The position numbers and the translations under genes were made by a program. Source: Eledone cirrhosa (Eukaryota). From it: DNA of 64,000 nt. The notes beneath the pieces were generated by a model. That model was not told where the DNA came from, searched no databases, and worked only from the letters and a program-made list of their open reading frames with translations. The stretch spans positions 33,790,001 to 33,854,000 of the forward strand of contig OZ024750.1 of NCBI GenBank assembly GCA_964016885.1. Reading direction: 5' to 3'. The stretch's first letter is position 1; each line of letters begins with the position of its first letter. Below are positions 1 to 11,923 of the stretch, piece after piece.

Positions 1-417
1 AGGAGGAGGGTGACTTAATATAAGAGGTGGGGGTAATGAATAATAGTCTTTTGGTGCCCGATAATCCAGTCTGTGTGTGGGATGTGCCTGTGGCAGTGAT
101 GGTGGAGGGGGTGGAGGAGGTGGCTGTTGTTGCTGCTGCTGTTGTTGCTGCTGTTGCTGTTGTTGCTGTTGCTGCTGAATAGGTGGAGGAAAACGCTGCA
201 CTTCCAACATTCGTTGCATATGTGTTGAAGAGATCATCCCACCTCGCATTAAATGTGCAGGTTGAAGGGATTGTGGGAAGGCTGGATGTACTGACTGTGC
301 AGGTAGATTGAGTCCTGCTAAATAAGAATTAGATGCTGCCGAACTTAAAGTGGATGCAGCATTCAACTCTGATGGTGATGAAGAGGAGTTTTTACTTGAA
401 GACATACTGCTGGAGTG
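1..417 (-). CDS. ARID5B: ARID5-like C-terminal exon (partial), Q18-P8 tract
   Basis: Pyrimidine tract + cag|CAC at 417; 139 open codons to window edge; phase 0 matches previous donor. Confidence 0.82.
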
Positions 418-1296
418 CTGTTCAAGAGAAAAGAGAAAGAACAATACATAAGTCAAATATTTTCAACATTTCTTTCAACAATATTTTTTTCTGAAATAAT
501 TACTTTACAGTTACTTAGGGTGGAGGAAGAACACACACATTATATATTGTAAAGCTTTAACCCTTTAACATTTAAAACGGCCGTATCCAGTTAGAATTCT
601 CTCACATCCTTCTGTTGAAACTGGCTGTAACCAGCCGCTCATATTAATGATAACGTATTGTTCTCAAAATAAATAATATCAAAATCTCGTAGATTTGATA
701 TTATTATGTGAGGTAAAACCTTTACTGTGAAAATATAATAATAAATATAGAGTAAACGTAAATGTGTGTTTAGTTGTGTGTTTGTGTATGTGTGAGAGAG
801 AATGGAGAGAAAGTGAGAGAGGGGGAGAGAGAGAGAATGAAAGAGTGAAAAACAGTGAAAGAGTGAAAAACAGTGAAAGAGAGAAAAGGAGAGAGAATCT
901 ATATAATGAATGTGTGTTTGCTAGAATACTTGTTCAAATATCATGCAGATAAAATATCAACAATTTTAAAATGATAAAACATCAACAAATTATTTCGAAG
1001 CAAAAGAAGACCAAAAGAGGAATATTGGATTGGCAGTATCGGTAGAGGGTCGGACGCCATGCTTTGAAGCAAAGAGTTACGTCCCTTTACGATCTGAGTT
1101 CAAATCCCGCCGAGGTTGACTTTGCCTTTCAACCTTATGGGGGTCGATAAAATAAAGTACCAGTAATGCACTGGGTTATTGCTGGCCTTGTGCCTAAAGT
1201 AGAAACAATTATTTCTCTGAAAAAATTCTACATGAAAAATGTTTTTATTTGCATTTGTTGAAATTAACTTTAGATTTGTAACTAAACATATCTTGA

Positions 1297-1641
1297 TCAT
1301 CATCATCATCATCATTTCATTTTACGTCCGCTTTTTCCCTGCTTGCAAGGGTGGGACGGGAACTGATTCTGGCTTGATTTCTACAGCTGGATGCCCTTCC
1401 TAACACCAACCTCATTTACAGTGAGTGCTGGGTGCTTTTTTGCCGTGGCACCTGCACAACCACTTTACAGTGGAATGATAGGGACCCCAGTCCCTATCAT
1501 CTCATTTCTACAGCTGAGTAAACTGGAGCAATGTGAAATAAAGTGTCTTGCTCAAGGAAACAACACATCACCTGGTCTGAGAATTGAACTCACAACCTTT
1601 CGATTGCAAGGCCAATGCTCTAACCACTAAGCCATGTGCCT

Positions 1642-1643
<2 letters not shown>
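1297..1643 (-). mobile_element. SINE family A (tRNA head, CORE-like body)
   Basis: A box TGGCTTAGTGG, B box GAGTTCAATTC, CCTTGAGCAAGACACTT block, (ATG)n tail; near-identical copies elsewhere. Confidence 0.88.
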
Positions 1644-1706
<63 letters not shown>

Positions 1707-1781
1707 TATACATACATATATATATATATACATATATATACATATATATACATACATATATATATATATACATATATATAC

Positions 1782-1850
<69 letters not shown>

Positions 1851-2208
1851 AGAAAGTTATAATAATAATTGTTTCTGATTTAGACACAAGGCCAACTATT
1901 TTGGGGAAGGGCAAAGTTGATTAAATCGACCCCAGTACATTACTGGTGCTTTATTTTATCAACTCTGTAAGGATGAAAGGCAAACTTAACCTCGGAGGGA
2001 TTTGAACTCAGAACGTAATGGCCCACAACTCTATGCTGTCATGGGTTGTACACGTTTCATCATGCACTGTAATCTGTGTTATGTAGTATACAAGAGCAGC
2101 TAGACAAAACTGGGTAACTTTCTTGCATATATATATATATATATAGATATAGATATATATATATATATATATACATACATTATTATATATATATATACAT
2201 ACATACAT

Positions 2209-2244
<36 letters not shown>

Positions 2245-2539
2245 GAGAGGTATAGAGATTGTTTTAGCAAGAAGCTAACGGCATTCTATAACATATATGC
2301 GACTATAACGTCAAGATGGGAAAAGTAGTTAACGAAAGATTTAGGAAAAATAACTCAAACTCATCTCAAAAGAGAATCAGGATATAAATTCATCCACAGA
2401 ATTTAGTAAAATCCAGGGAAAATCTATAGACCTTTAACTCATGATAAAATAAAGTTTGAAACACTTATCCTTCAATTTGGAATAACATCAAATGCTCTGT
2501 ATAGTCTTATATATATATATATATATATATACACATACA

Positions 2540-2608
<69 letters not shown>

Positions 2609-2649
2609 TACATATATATATATATACATATATATACATATATATATGT

Positions 2650-2680
<31 letters not shown>

Positions 2681-2837
2681 CAAATATATATATATATATA
2701 TATATACAAATATATACCTACATATATATATATAGATATATATACACATATATATATATACACATATATATATATACATATATATATATTTTCTCTATTA
2801 TATATATATATATACATATATAAATATATACATATAC

Positions 2838-2868
<31 letters not shown>

Positions 2869-2939
2869 CATACATATATATATATACATACATATATATA
2901 CATATACATATATATACATATACATATATATATATATAT

Positions 2940-2996
<57 letters not shown>

Positions 2997-3124
2997 CATA
3001 TATATATATACATACATATATATATATATATACATACATATATATATATATATACATACATATATATATATATATACATATACATATACATATATATACA
3101 TATATATACATATATATATATATA

Positions 3125-3458
3125 GAGGCACATGGCTTAGTGGTTAGAGCATTGGCCTTGCAATCGAAAGGTTGTGAGTTCAATTCTCAGACTGGGTGAT
3201 GTCTTGTTTCCTCGAGCAAGACACTTTATTTCACATTGCTCCAGTTTACTCAGCTGTAGAAATGAGATGATAGGGACTGGGGTCCCTATCATTTCACTGC
3301 AAAGTGGTTGTGCAGGTGCCATGGCAAAAAAGCACCCAGCACTCACTGTAAATGAGGTTGGTGTTAGGAAGGGCATCCAGCTGTAGAAATCAAGCCAGAA
3401 TCAGCTCCCGTCCCACCCTTGCAAGCAGGGAAAAAGCGGACGTAAAATGAAATGATGA
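3125..3458 (+). mobile_element. SINE family A
   Basis: Full-length inverted homolog of 1297-1643. Confidence 0.88.
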
Positions 3459-3490
<32 letters not shown>

Positions 3491-3689
3491 CATATATACA
3501 TATATATATACACATATACATATATATATACATATATATATATACATAAATATACATATATATATATATATATGTACATAAATATACATATACATATACA
3601 AACATATATATATATATATATATATATATACAAACATACATACATATATATATATATACAAATATACATACATATATATATATATATAT

Positions 3690-3720
<31 letters not shown>

Positions 3721-3725
3721 CACAA

Positions 3726-3758
<33 letters not shown>

Positions 3759-3833
3759 CAAACATGCATACATATATATATACAAACATACATACATATA
3801 TATATACAAACATACATACATATATATATACAA

Positions 3834-3870
<37 letters not shown>

Positions 3871-4002
3871 AACATACATATATATATATATATATAAACA
3901 CACATATATATATATATATATATACATACATATACAAACATATATATATATATATACATACATATAAACATATATATATATATACATATGTATATATATA
4001 TA

Positions 4003-4590
4003 TGGTGGCTGCCAACTCGTTTTCGAGTATGGCCACTACTTTATATCCATGTAGGAGAACCCCTACCGATGCGCTGAACGAGTGTGACCTTTTAGTCCAG
4101 CCAGCGACTTGAAAACTCTGGTACAAAAACTACACTTGTGACAATTATTGACACATAGTGCTGGGCCCATGGTACCATGTGACGAGAGATCTCCAGATAT
4201 AAAGCAATGCCTGTACTGTGAAGCTTTTATAGTGAGCAAAGGCACTGCACAAAGCCAGTCCCACTCTCTTAACCAAGATACTATTTACCAAAAAGAAGAA
4301 CAAGTCAACATCATTGGATACCATCAGGGTTGCAGGTGTTATATCAGAGTTTTCCTTCTCCTAGAATTGCCTTGACAAATGCTAAGGGGTCATCTCTCCC
4401 GGTGATTTTGGATGGCCATTGACTCTTAAGAGCTCCTTTGCCCTTTGACAGGTTTTGTTTTTAGTCCTGCAGGATGTCCAAAGTCACCCTCCTCACCAAG
4501 AAACATTGGTGGGGTTGCCAGTTTAGTCGCCAACGACCCGACCATGGGACAGGTTGTACTGGAATACATGTTACCAGTAGCACCAGAGCG
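4003..4590 (-). mobile_element. RTE-clade LINE derivative (5'UTR-like part + 3' end)
   Basis: CTAGGAGAAGGAAAACTCTG motif, C-terminal C2H2-like [23 protein letters not shown], short tail running into (TA)n. Confidence 0.6.
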
Positions 4591-4651
4591 TGAAATTAAT
4601 AAACATTCGTCGTACTGCCTCTCTGTTTTGTTCCTGTTCAAATTTTTCCAT

Positions 4652-4801
<150 letters not shown>

Positions 4802-5289
4802 CATACATATAAACATATATATATATACACACACACATATATATGAAATGTTAAGATAGGGTTACTTTTACCTAATTGCTTTATTGCATAGTATATATTT
4901 CAATGGCATGGTTATGCAATGGTTATATCATTGACAGTCTCCACCTAACATCATCAAGTGCTCATACAATTATGAGGCTATGTGTGACATAGAACTGTGA
5001 TGACAGAGCTATGACATGACAGAGCTATGACATGTCAGCAGTTATGATGAACCTATGACGTGTGTAAACAATAACATACTGCAGGGGAGGAGGGCTGCCC
5101 TTCAATGATGTGATGAACTTTAAAATTACTATTCATGGTTAATATTACAACTTCTTATTTTATTATCTACTTTTTATAAATATATTTTAGAACTAAGTTA
5201 TATTTTAGTAAAACTATCAGTTTTAAAACATTTTACAAAAATAAGCCAGTTGTCAATAAACATTTACCTAAAACTAAAATAACATTGAT

Positions 5290-6190
5290 TGCTGGTGCCA
5301 TGATAAAATACACCCAGTACACTCTGTAAAATGGTAGTGCTGGTGTCATGATAAAATACACCCAGTACACACTGTAAAGTGGTAGTGCCGGTGCCATGAT
5401 AAAATACACCCAATACACTCTGTAAAGTGGTAGTGCTGGTGCCATGATAAAATACACCCAGTACACTCTGTAAAGTGGTAGTGCTGGTGCCATGATAAAA
5501 TACACCCAATACACTCTGTAAAGTGGTAGTGCTGGTGCCATGATAAAATAACCCAATACACTCTGGGAAGTGGTAGTGCTGGTGCCATGATAAAATACAC
5601 CCAATACACTCTGTAAAGTGGTAGTGCTGGTGCCATGATAAAATACACCCAATACACTCTGTAAAGTGGTAGTGCCGGTGCCATGATAAAATACACCCAA
5701 TACACTCTGTAAAGTGGTAGTGCCGGTGCCATGATAAAATACACCCAATACACTCTGTAAAGTGGTAGTGCTGGTGCCATGATAAAATACACCCAATACA
5801 CTCTGGGAAGTGGTAGTGCTGGTGCCATGATAAAACACACCCAATACACTCTGTGAAGTGGTAGTGCTGGTGCCATTAAATACACCCAGTACACTCTGTA
5901 AAGTGGTAGTGCTGGTGCCATGATAAAATACACCCAATACACTCTGGGAAGTGGTAGTGCTGGTGCCATGATAAAATACACCCAATACACTCTGTAAAGT
6001 GGTAGTGCTGGTGCCATGATAAAATACACCCAATACACTCTGTAAAGTGGTAGTGCCGGTGCCATGATAAAATACACCCAATACACTCTGTAAAGTGGTA
6101 GTGCCGGTGCCATGATAAAATACACCCAATACACTCTGTAAAGTGGTAGTGCTGGTGCCATGATAAAACACACCCAGTTCACTCTGTAAC
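5290..6190 (+). repeat. 48-bp minisatellite (~19 copies), SINE-module derived
   Basis: Unit GTGCTGGTGCCATGATAAAATACACCCAATACACTCTGTAAAGTGGTA; SINE-type tail follows at 6225-6345. Confidence 0.95.
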
Positions 6191-6674
6191 AGGGCAGCGT
6201 TTGTGCCACAAAAAAAAGAAAACTAATGCACCCTGTAAGGTGGTTGGTGTTATGAAAGACATCCAACCATCGAAACCATGCCAGTGTGGAAAGTGGATGT
6301 AAAAACGATGATGCTGATGATGATGATGATGATAGTGATGATGACGGTAACAACAACACTCCAATATCGGGATTAAGTTTTGATTAAATTATATTTCAAC
6401 ACAGCAGGGGCAGCCAGCACTTGCGACCCCATTTGCTCACAATAGTGAAAGATGGGGGAAGGCAGGAGGGCCAGAGGCAATGACAGTGGGAGTTTGGCTC
6501 CACTGTGTTCGGACCTGGTGTACATGTGTGAGTAATTTTACACAGCAGACTAAAATGGTTTGTCACCACTGGTATGATTCAACCAATCTGAGGGGTAGAG
6601 CAATTTGTGTCCTATTGTTATGACCAAAGCATATAGGAACCTAGCTGTTAGTAAACACTGCAGAAGGTGAGGGT

Positions 6675-7076
6675 TAATTTATACATTATCTTCCAACGGT
6701 TCTCAACCTCTCTATGTAAAACAATATATCTTTTCTCAGTTATAAAAACTATCTCTTTCTCTCTATCACCCATCTCTCCCTCTCCACCTTCACTCTCATC
6801 TCCTCCCCTTTTTTCATCCTTTCCACCCCCCCTCCCTAAATAAAATATTTTTTCCTCGTACATATTTTTCCCTTCGTTAATTTTCAAATTCTTTTAATTT
6901 ATACATTATCTTCCAACGGTTTTCAACCTCTCTATGTAAAACAATATATCTTCTCTCAGTTATAAAAACTATCTCTTTCTCTCTATCACCCATCTCTCCC
7001 TCTCCACCTTCACTCTCATCTCCTCCCCTTTTTCATCCTTTCCACCCCCCACCCCTCTCTAAATAAAATATTTTTC
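6675..7076. repeat. Direct duplication of ~180 bp
   Basis: TTAATTTATACATTATCTTCCAACGG...TAAATAAAATATTTTT present twice. Confidence 0.9.
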
Positions 7077-7163
7077 CCAATATCACACATCAATCTAAAA
7101 CCACTTTTCATATGTTGATTTAAAACTGCACTATCCACAAGTGTTTTTTAGCCTTCATATCAT

Positions 7164-7249
7164 GTTCTCCTGTTTTATCTGATGAAAACACAAATATTAT
7201 TGCATGATGATGTTTGTTTTTGAAATGCGCATAATAAAATACATGGAAC
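7164..7249 (+). ncRNA. Type I hammerhead ribozyme motif HH1
   Basis: Stem I TGTTTTAT/ATAAAATA, CTGATGA 7179-7185, long stem II, GAAA 7222-7225, palindromic stem III ATGCGCAT, AUA site at 7233. Confidence 0.8.
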
Positions 7250-7365
7250 TCCTTTAACCATCTTTTGATCTTATATTATGTATACTCCAGTCCTACAAAC
7301 TGTAGAGTGCTTCTTATCCGATATCTGCATTGCTTTATTGTACTACAATAAAACTCACCTCCTAC

Positions 7366-7396
<31 letters not shown>

Positions 7397-7749
7397 ATTG
7401 TTTTTACTTTTGGCACAAGGCCAGCAATTACCCAGTACATTACTGGTACTTTATTTTATCGACCCCGTAAGGATGAAAGGCAAAGTTAACCTCGGCGGGA
7501 TTTGAACTCAGAATGGCAAGGGCCATAACTCTACCCGTCAAAGCATGGCGTCCAACCCTCTACCGATACTGCCAATTCACCGCCCTATATAAATATATAT
7601 AATATTTATAAAAAGCACCAAAGAATCAATACTTTATTGTTTCTTTGGTGCTTTTTATAAATATTATATATCAGCTCTGTGTAAACCCCATTGCATCGAG
7701 CTTAGAACCAGTTTCAACCTAATAATAACAATACTGTAATTATTATTAA

Positions 7750-8878
7750 TCTATATATATAAAACTGTAGTTGTCTGTGTGTCCGTCCTCATTTTTGCAA
7801 AGTCTATACAAATCCACATTTCTACTCCGATTGACTTCAAACTTGCATTTATATATTCATTGCGGTCTAAATTTTTCAATTTTCTGTTGTTAAAGGGGTG
7901 TTAGGTGCCGGTTATCCATCTCTGTCGAGCTCTTATAATATCTGTATGCCTGGCTGTCTGCATTACGACATTCTGACGTATTATGTTCGCTATTTTCCAT
8001 TCATTGCCAGGGAATGTCTTCACGAATCAAAGTATCGTCTTCCTGTTTTCCTTTGGTTGCAACGTTTTTCGAAATATTTACTTCTACGTTTACAGATTGT
8101 TTTTTTAGTTTCAGAAGATCCCGTTAAGGGTGAAAGCAATGATTCTTTGCTTAAACTTTAATCTGTTATTTTAATATATAATATAAGCGAGGCAAGCCAG
8201 CCCAGTTGCACTTCTTGCCAATAAACATTAACCCTTTGTGCGCCATTCATCTAACTGTAGACCAACAAATACCAACTAAACGGAGCATTGACAAGAACGA
8301 TGGCGAATGAATCTTCGAGGTAAGCAGTTTCCTCCCGAGCTGTTAGTTCACACAGGATTCTCTGCTACACCATTTTGTAATAATACCGAACAACGTACTG
8401 CTGGTCACTCCTTCCTCCAAAAGCCGTACGAAGCGGACATGTGCATCGGGCAGATGAATCGGGTGCAAATCTACACCAGGCCTACACGAGAAATTCACAA
8501 GGGACTGCACCGAGAGGGATAGAGAGAAAGAGTAACTTAGTGGAAAGAGTGCGAATGAACTTTTGAGGTAAGTAGCCTACGCCTTACTGCTATGACACTG
8601 GAACCTTCTGCCAACTTAACCTGTGACTTTCTCTTTCACATTTACTCCAATAGGCCAAAACAGAGGAGTATGAAAAGAAGGGACTCAACAATATTTCTAT
8701 GAACAATGCACGTAGACAGCTAAACTGTACTTTCAACTTCTTAATTTTCTCCAAATAAAACAAGTTTCCTGTCAGTATATTTTCGTGAGTTTTTAACAGG
8801 TACTCACAAATAAACGTTTCTCATTGGAGGTGCTATTACCAATGTTCTTACCCGTGCAACGCCGGGATACACTGCTAG
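7750..8878 (+). mobile_element. Non-autonomous Helitron
   Basis: A|TCTATATATATAAAA start, subterminal hairpin CCCG-TGCAACGC-CGGG, CTAG|T end, no TSD. Confidence 0.85.
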
Positions 8879-8949
8879 TATTATATATATATAAAAGTGA
8901 GCTCGAAAGTAACACAGAGGAGACTGAGGTTAGCTGCGCAAGCTCACCG

Positions 8950-9145
8950 ACATTCAGAGTTGACACTACTCAGTGGTCCTGTGGACACACTATAAGAGGG
9001 AGACCGAGGTTGACATACATTGATGCCCTAATGACAGACACAGGTCTCTGGGAGATGCAGGACATGGCAGTGATGATGAGGGATAGAGACCACTGGAAAG
9101 AATTCGTCCATGGATCTCGGGACTTTTACCCACCATAGATAGATG
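8950..9145 (+). mobile_element. RTE-like LINE 3' fragment
   Basis: RGRPRLTYIDALMTDTGL...MRDRDHWKEFV then stop and (ATAG)n tail. Confidence 0.72.
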
Positions 9146-9210
9146 TATATATATATATAATGGTGATGACGATGATATATATATAGAGATATAGATATAT
9201 TTAGATAGAT

Positions 9211-9606
9211 ATCATCATCATCATCACCGTTTTACGTCCGTTCTTCCATGCTAGCATGGGTTAGACGGGTTGTCCTGTTGTGGGCAGTGTCCGGTCGGCC
9301 GACCATGCCTTGCTCATACGGGAACTGATTCTGGCTTGATTTCTACAGCTGGATACCCTTCCTAACACCAACCTCATTTACAGTGAGTGCTGGGTGCTTT
9401 TTTGCCGTGGCACCTCCACGACCACTTTGCAGTGGAATGATAGGGACCCCAGTCCCTATTATCTCATTTCTACAGCTGAGTAAACTGGAACAATGTGAAA
9501 TAAAGTGTCTTGCTCAAGGAAACAACACATCACCCGGTCTGAGAATTGAACTCACAACCTTTCAATTGCAAGGCCAATGCTCTAACCACTAAGCCATGTG
9601 CCTCCA
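9211..9606 (-). mobile_element. SINE family A, long-tail variant
   Basis: Same head and body; tail shared with 43330-43460. Confidence 0.85.
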
Positions 9607-10962
9607 TGTAATTTACATAATCTAAATTACTCATTAGCATCTGATGAAGAGGTATTAAACTTTAAAATAATATTTTCTCCAAAAAGTCGTCACGTTTCCT
9701 AAATATTTTCCAGAAAAATATACATCTGTGTGTGTGTATGTGGTCACGTGCGTGTCTCTGGTTACGTGTATGTGTGGTTACTTGTGTGTGTGTGGTTACA
9801 TGTGTGTGGTTATTTGTGTCTGCGTGTGTCTGTGGTTGTATGCATGTGTGTGTGTTAGTTGCATGCATGTGTGTGTTAGTTGCATACACGTGTGTGTGTG
9901 TGTGTTAGTTGCATGCATGTGTGTGTGTATGTGGCTGCATGCATGTGTGTGTGTGTGTCTGTCTGTGATTGCATGCATGTGTGTGTCTGTCTGTGGTTGC
10001 ATGCATCTGTGTGTGTGTGTCTGCATGTTCACATAAGGGAAGCACGCATTGAGACAGGTGTATACATAGTGTGTGTGTGTGTGATATACAATGTGTATGT
10101 GTATGTGATATATACATTGTGTATGTGTGTGTGATATATACATTGTGTATGTGTGTGTGATATATACAATGTTCATGTGTGTATGTGTATGTGTATGTGC
10201 GTGTGTGGTGTGTGTATGTATAAGGGCAAGCATTTATGGAGATAAAATTTCCTATGTAAATATTTTAGGTGTTTAAATCATCATCACCATCGCAACTACC
10301 ACCACCAACACCACCGCTCCTGCCATCCCCACCACCACCGCTGCTGCCATCCCCACCACCACCGCTGCTGCCATCCCCACCACCACCACCATCATCATCA
10401 CTGTTTAATGTCATATTCCATAGTTGCATGGGTCTAGAAGATGTTTACAGCTCCTAAGTGTCCCACCTGTCTTAATTACACTTGACAGGTGTTACATAAC
10501 GGGAGTAATGTAAAGTGGTCGTGTAGGTGTGTGTGTTACAACAAAAAGCCGCAACCCCACATTGCTAAGTGGTCGTGCAGGTGTCAAGACAAAAAGCACC
10601 CAGCCCACACAGTGAAGTGGTGGTGTAGGAGTCATGACAAATAGCTCTTAGTCCACGCTGTAAAGTGGTCATGTACAGCAAAAGCGCGCAGCCCATACTA
10701 TAAAGTGGTCATGTAGGTGTCAAGGCAAAATGCACCCTGTATTCACTGTAATGTGATCATGTTGGTGACACAACAAAAAACATCCAGTACTCACTGTAAA
10801 TGAGGTTGGGAGATGAGAAAGAGAAGAGGGAGAGATCAGGGAGAGGGGGGGAGATTAGCAATAACCTTCTTAAAAATCAGGTGTTAGAATGTAAATTACA
10901 GAAATTGTAAACATTCATGTTTAACAAAATAACACAAAATTGTTTTTTGTTTTTCTTTGCAA

Positions 10963-11352
10963 TCATCATCATCATCATCATCATTTTACGTCCGCTTTTC
11001 CCTGCTTGCAAGGGTGGGATGGGAACTGATTCTGGCTTGATTTCTACAGCTGGATGCCCTTCCTAACACCAACCTCATTTTACAGTGAGTGCTGGGTGCT
11101 TTTTTTCTGTGGCACCTCCACGTCCAAGTCCACTTTACAGTGTGGGCTGGATGTTTTTTTTTTGCCGTGGCACCTCCACAACCACTTTGCAGTGGAAAGA
11201 TAGGGACCCCAGTCCCTATCATCTCAATTCTACAGCTGAGTAAACTGGAGCAATGTGAAATAAAGTGTCTTGCTCAAGGAAACAACATATCACCCGGTCT
11301 GAGAATTGAACTCACAACCTCAATGCTCTAACCACTAAGCCACATGCCTCCA
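10963..11352 (-). mobile_element. SINE family A, two internal modules
   Basis: Head with small deletion; duplicated ~48-bp module. Confidence 0.85.
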
Positions 11353-11923
11353 TAAACTTAATTAATCCAAGTTAACCCTGCAGTATTTACAATACTCTAC
11401 AATTAAGGCAGAGAGTCAGCAGAGTCGTTAGAATGTCAGATAGAATGCTTTGTTATTAATTCCGGCTCTGTGAGTTCAAATCCAACCGAGGTCAACTTTG
11501 CCTTTCATCCTTTCACGGTTGAAGAAAATGTACCAGTCTAATACTGGGGTCGATTCTTCCTCTCTGGAAGAAATCTGCTGTACTCAGGTCTGGAGAGGGA
11601 CGGGCTCTGCCAGGCTTAAAATGCCCAAGAAATGCTGTATGTCAATATGGCACCATTACGACTATCAGGAGTTACAGGACCATACATACATATGTGATAT
11701 TATATATACTATTATATTTTCATGGTAAAGGCTTTATCTCACATAATATCGAATCTATGAGATTTTGATATTTATTTAGAGAAAAATACCTTAACATCAG
11801 TATGAGCGGCCAGTTACAACAGAAAGAGGTGAGAGAATTCTGGCCGGATATGGCCAATTTAAATGCTAAAGGGTTAAACAAAGTGTTAAAATGAAACAGG
11901 AATAATAAAAAATAGATACTAAC

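Noticed and set aside
1570-1643. tRNA gene
   Set aside because: A/B boxes present but no proper acceptor stem; it is a multi-copy SINE head
5233-6359. 312/337-aa repeat ORFs or CRISPR-like array
   Set aside because: Tandem 48-bp units with no unique spacers; SINE-derived; frameshifts inside the array
9630-9690. Hammerhead at CTGATGA 9641
   Set aside because: GAAA replaced by AAAA and no stem I
10269-10457. Proline-rich ORF
   Set aside because: Short GC-rich tandem repeat at a SINE-type tail; no splice support
11720-11923. C-terminal extension of the 502-aa ORF
   Set aside because: Read-through past the AAG|gttagt donor into intron and MITE sequence
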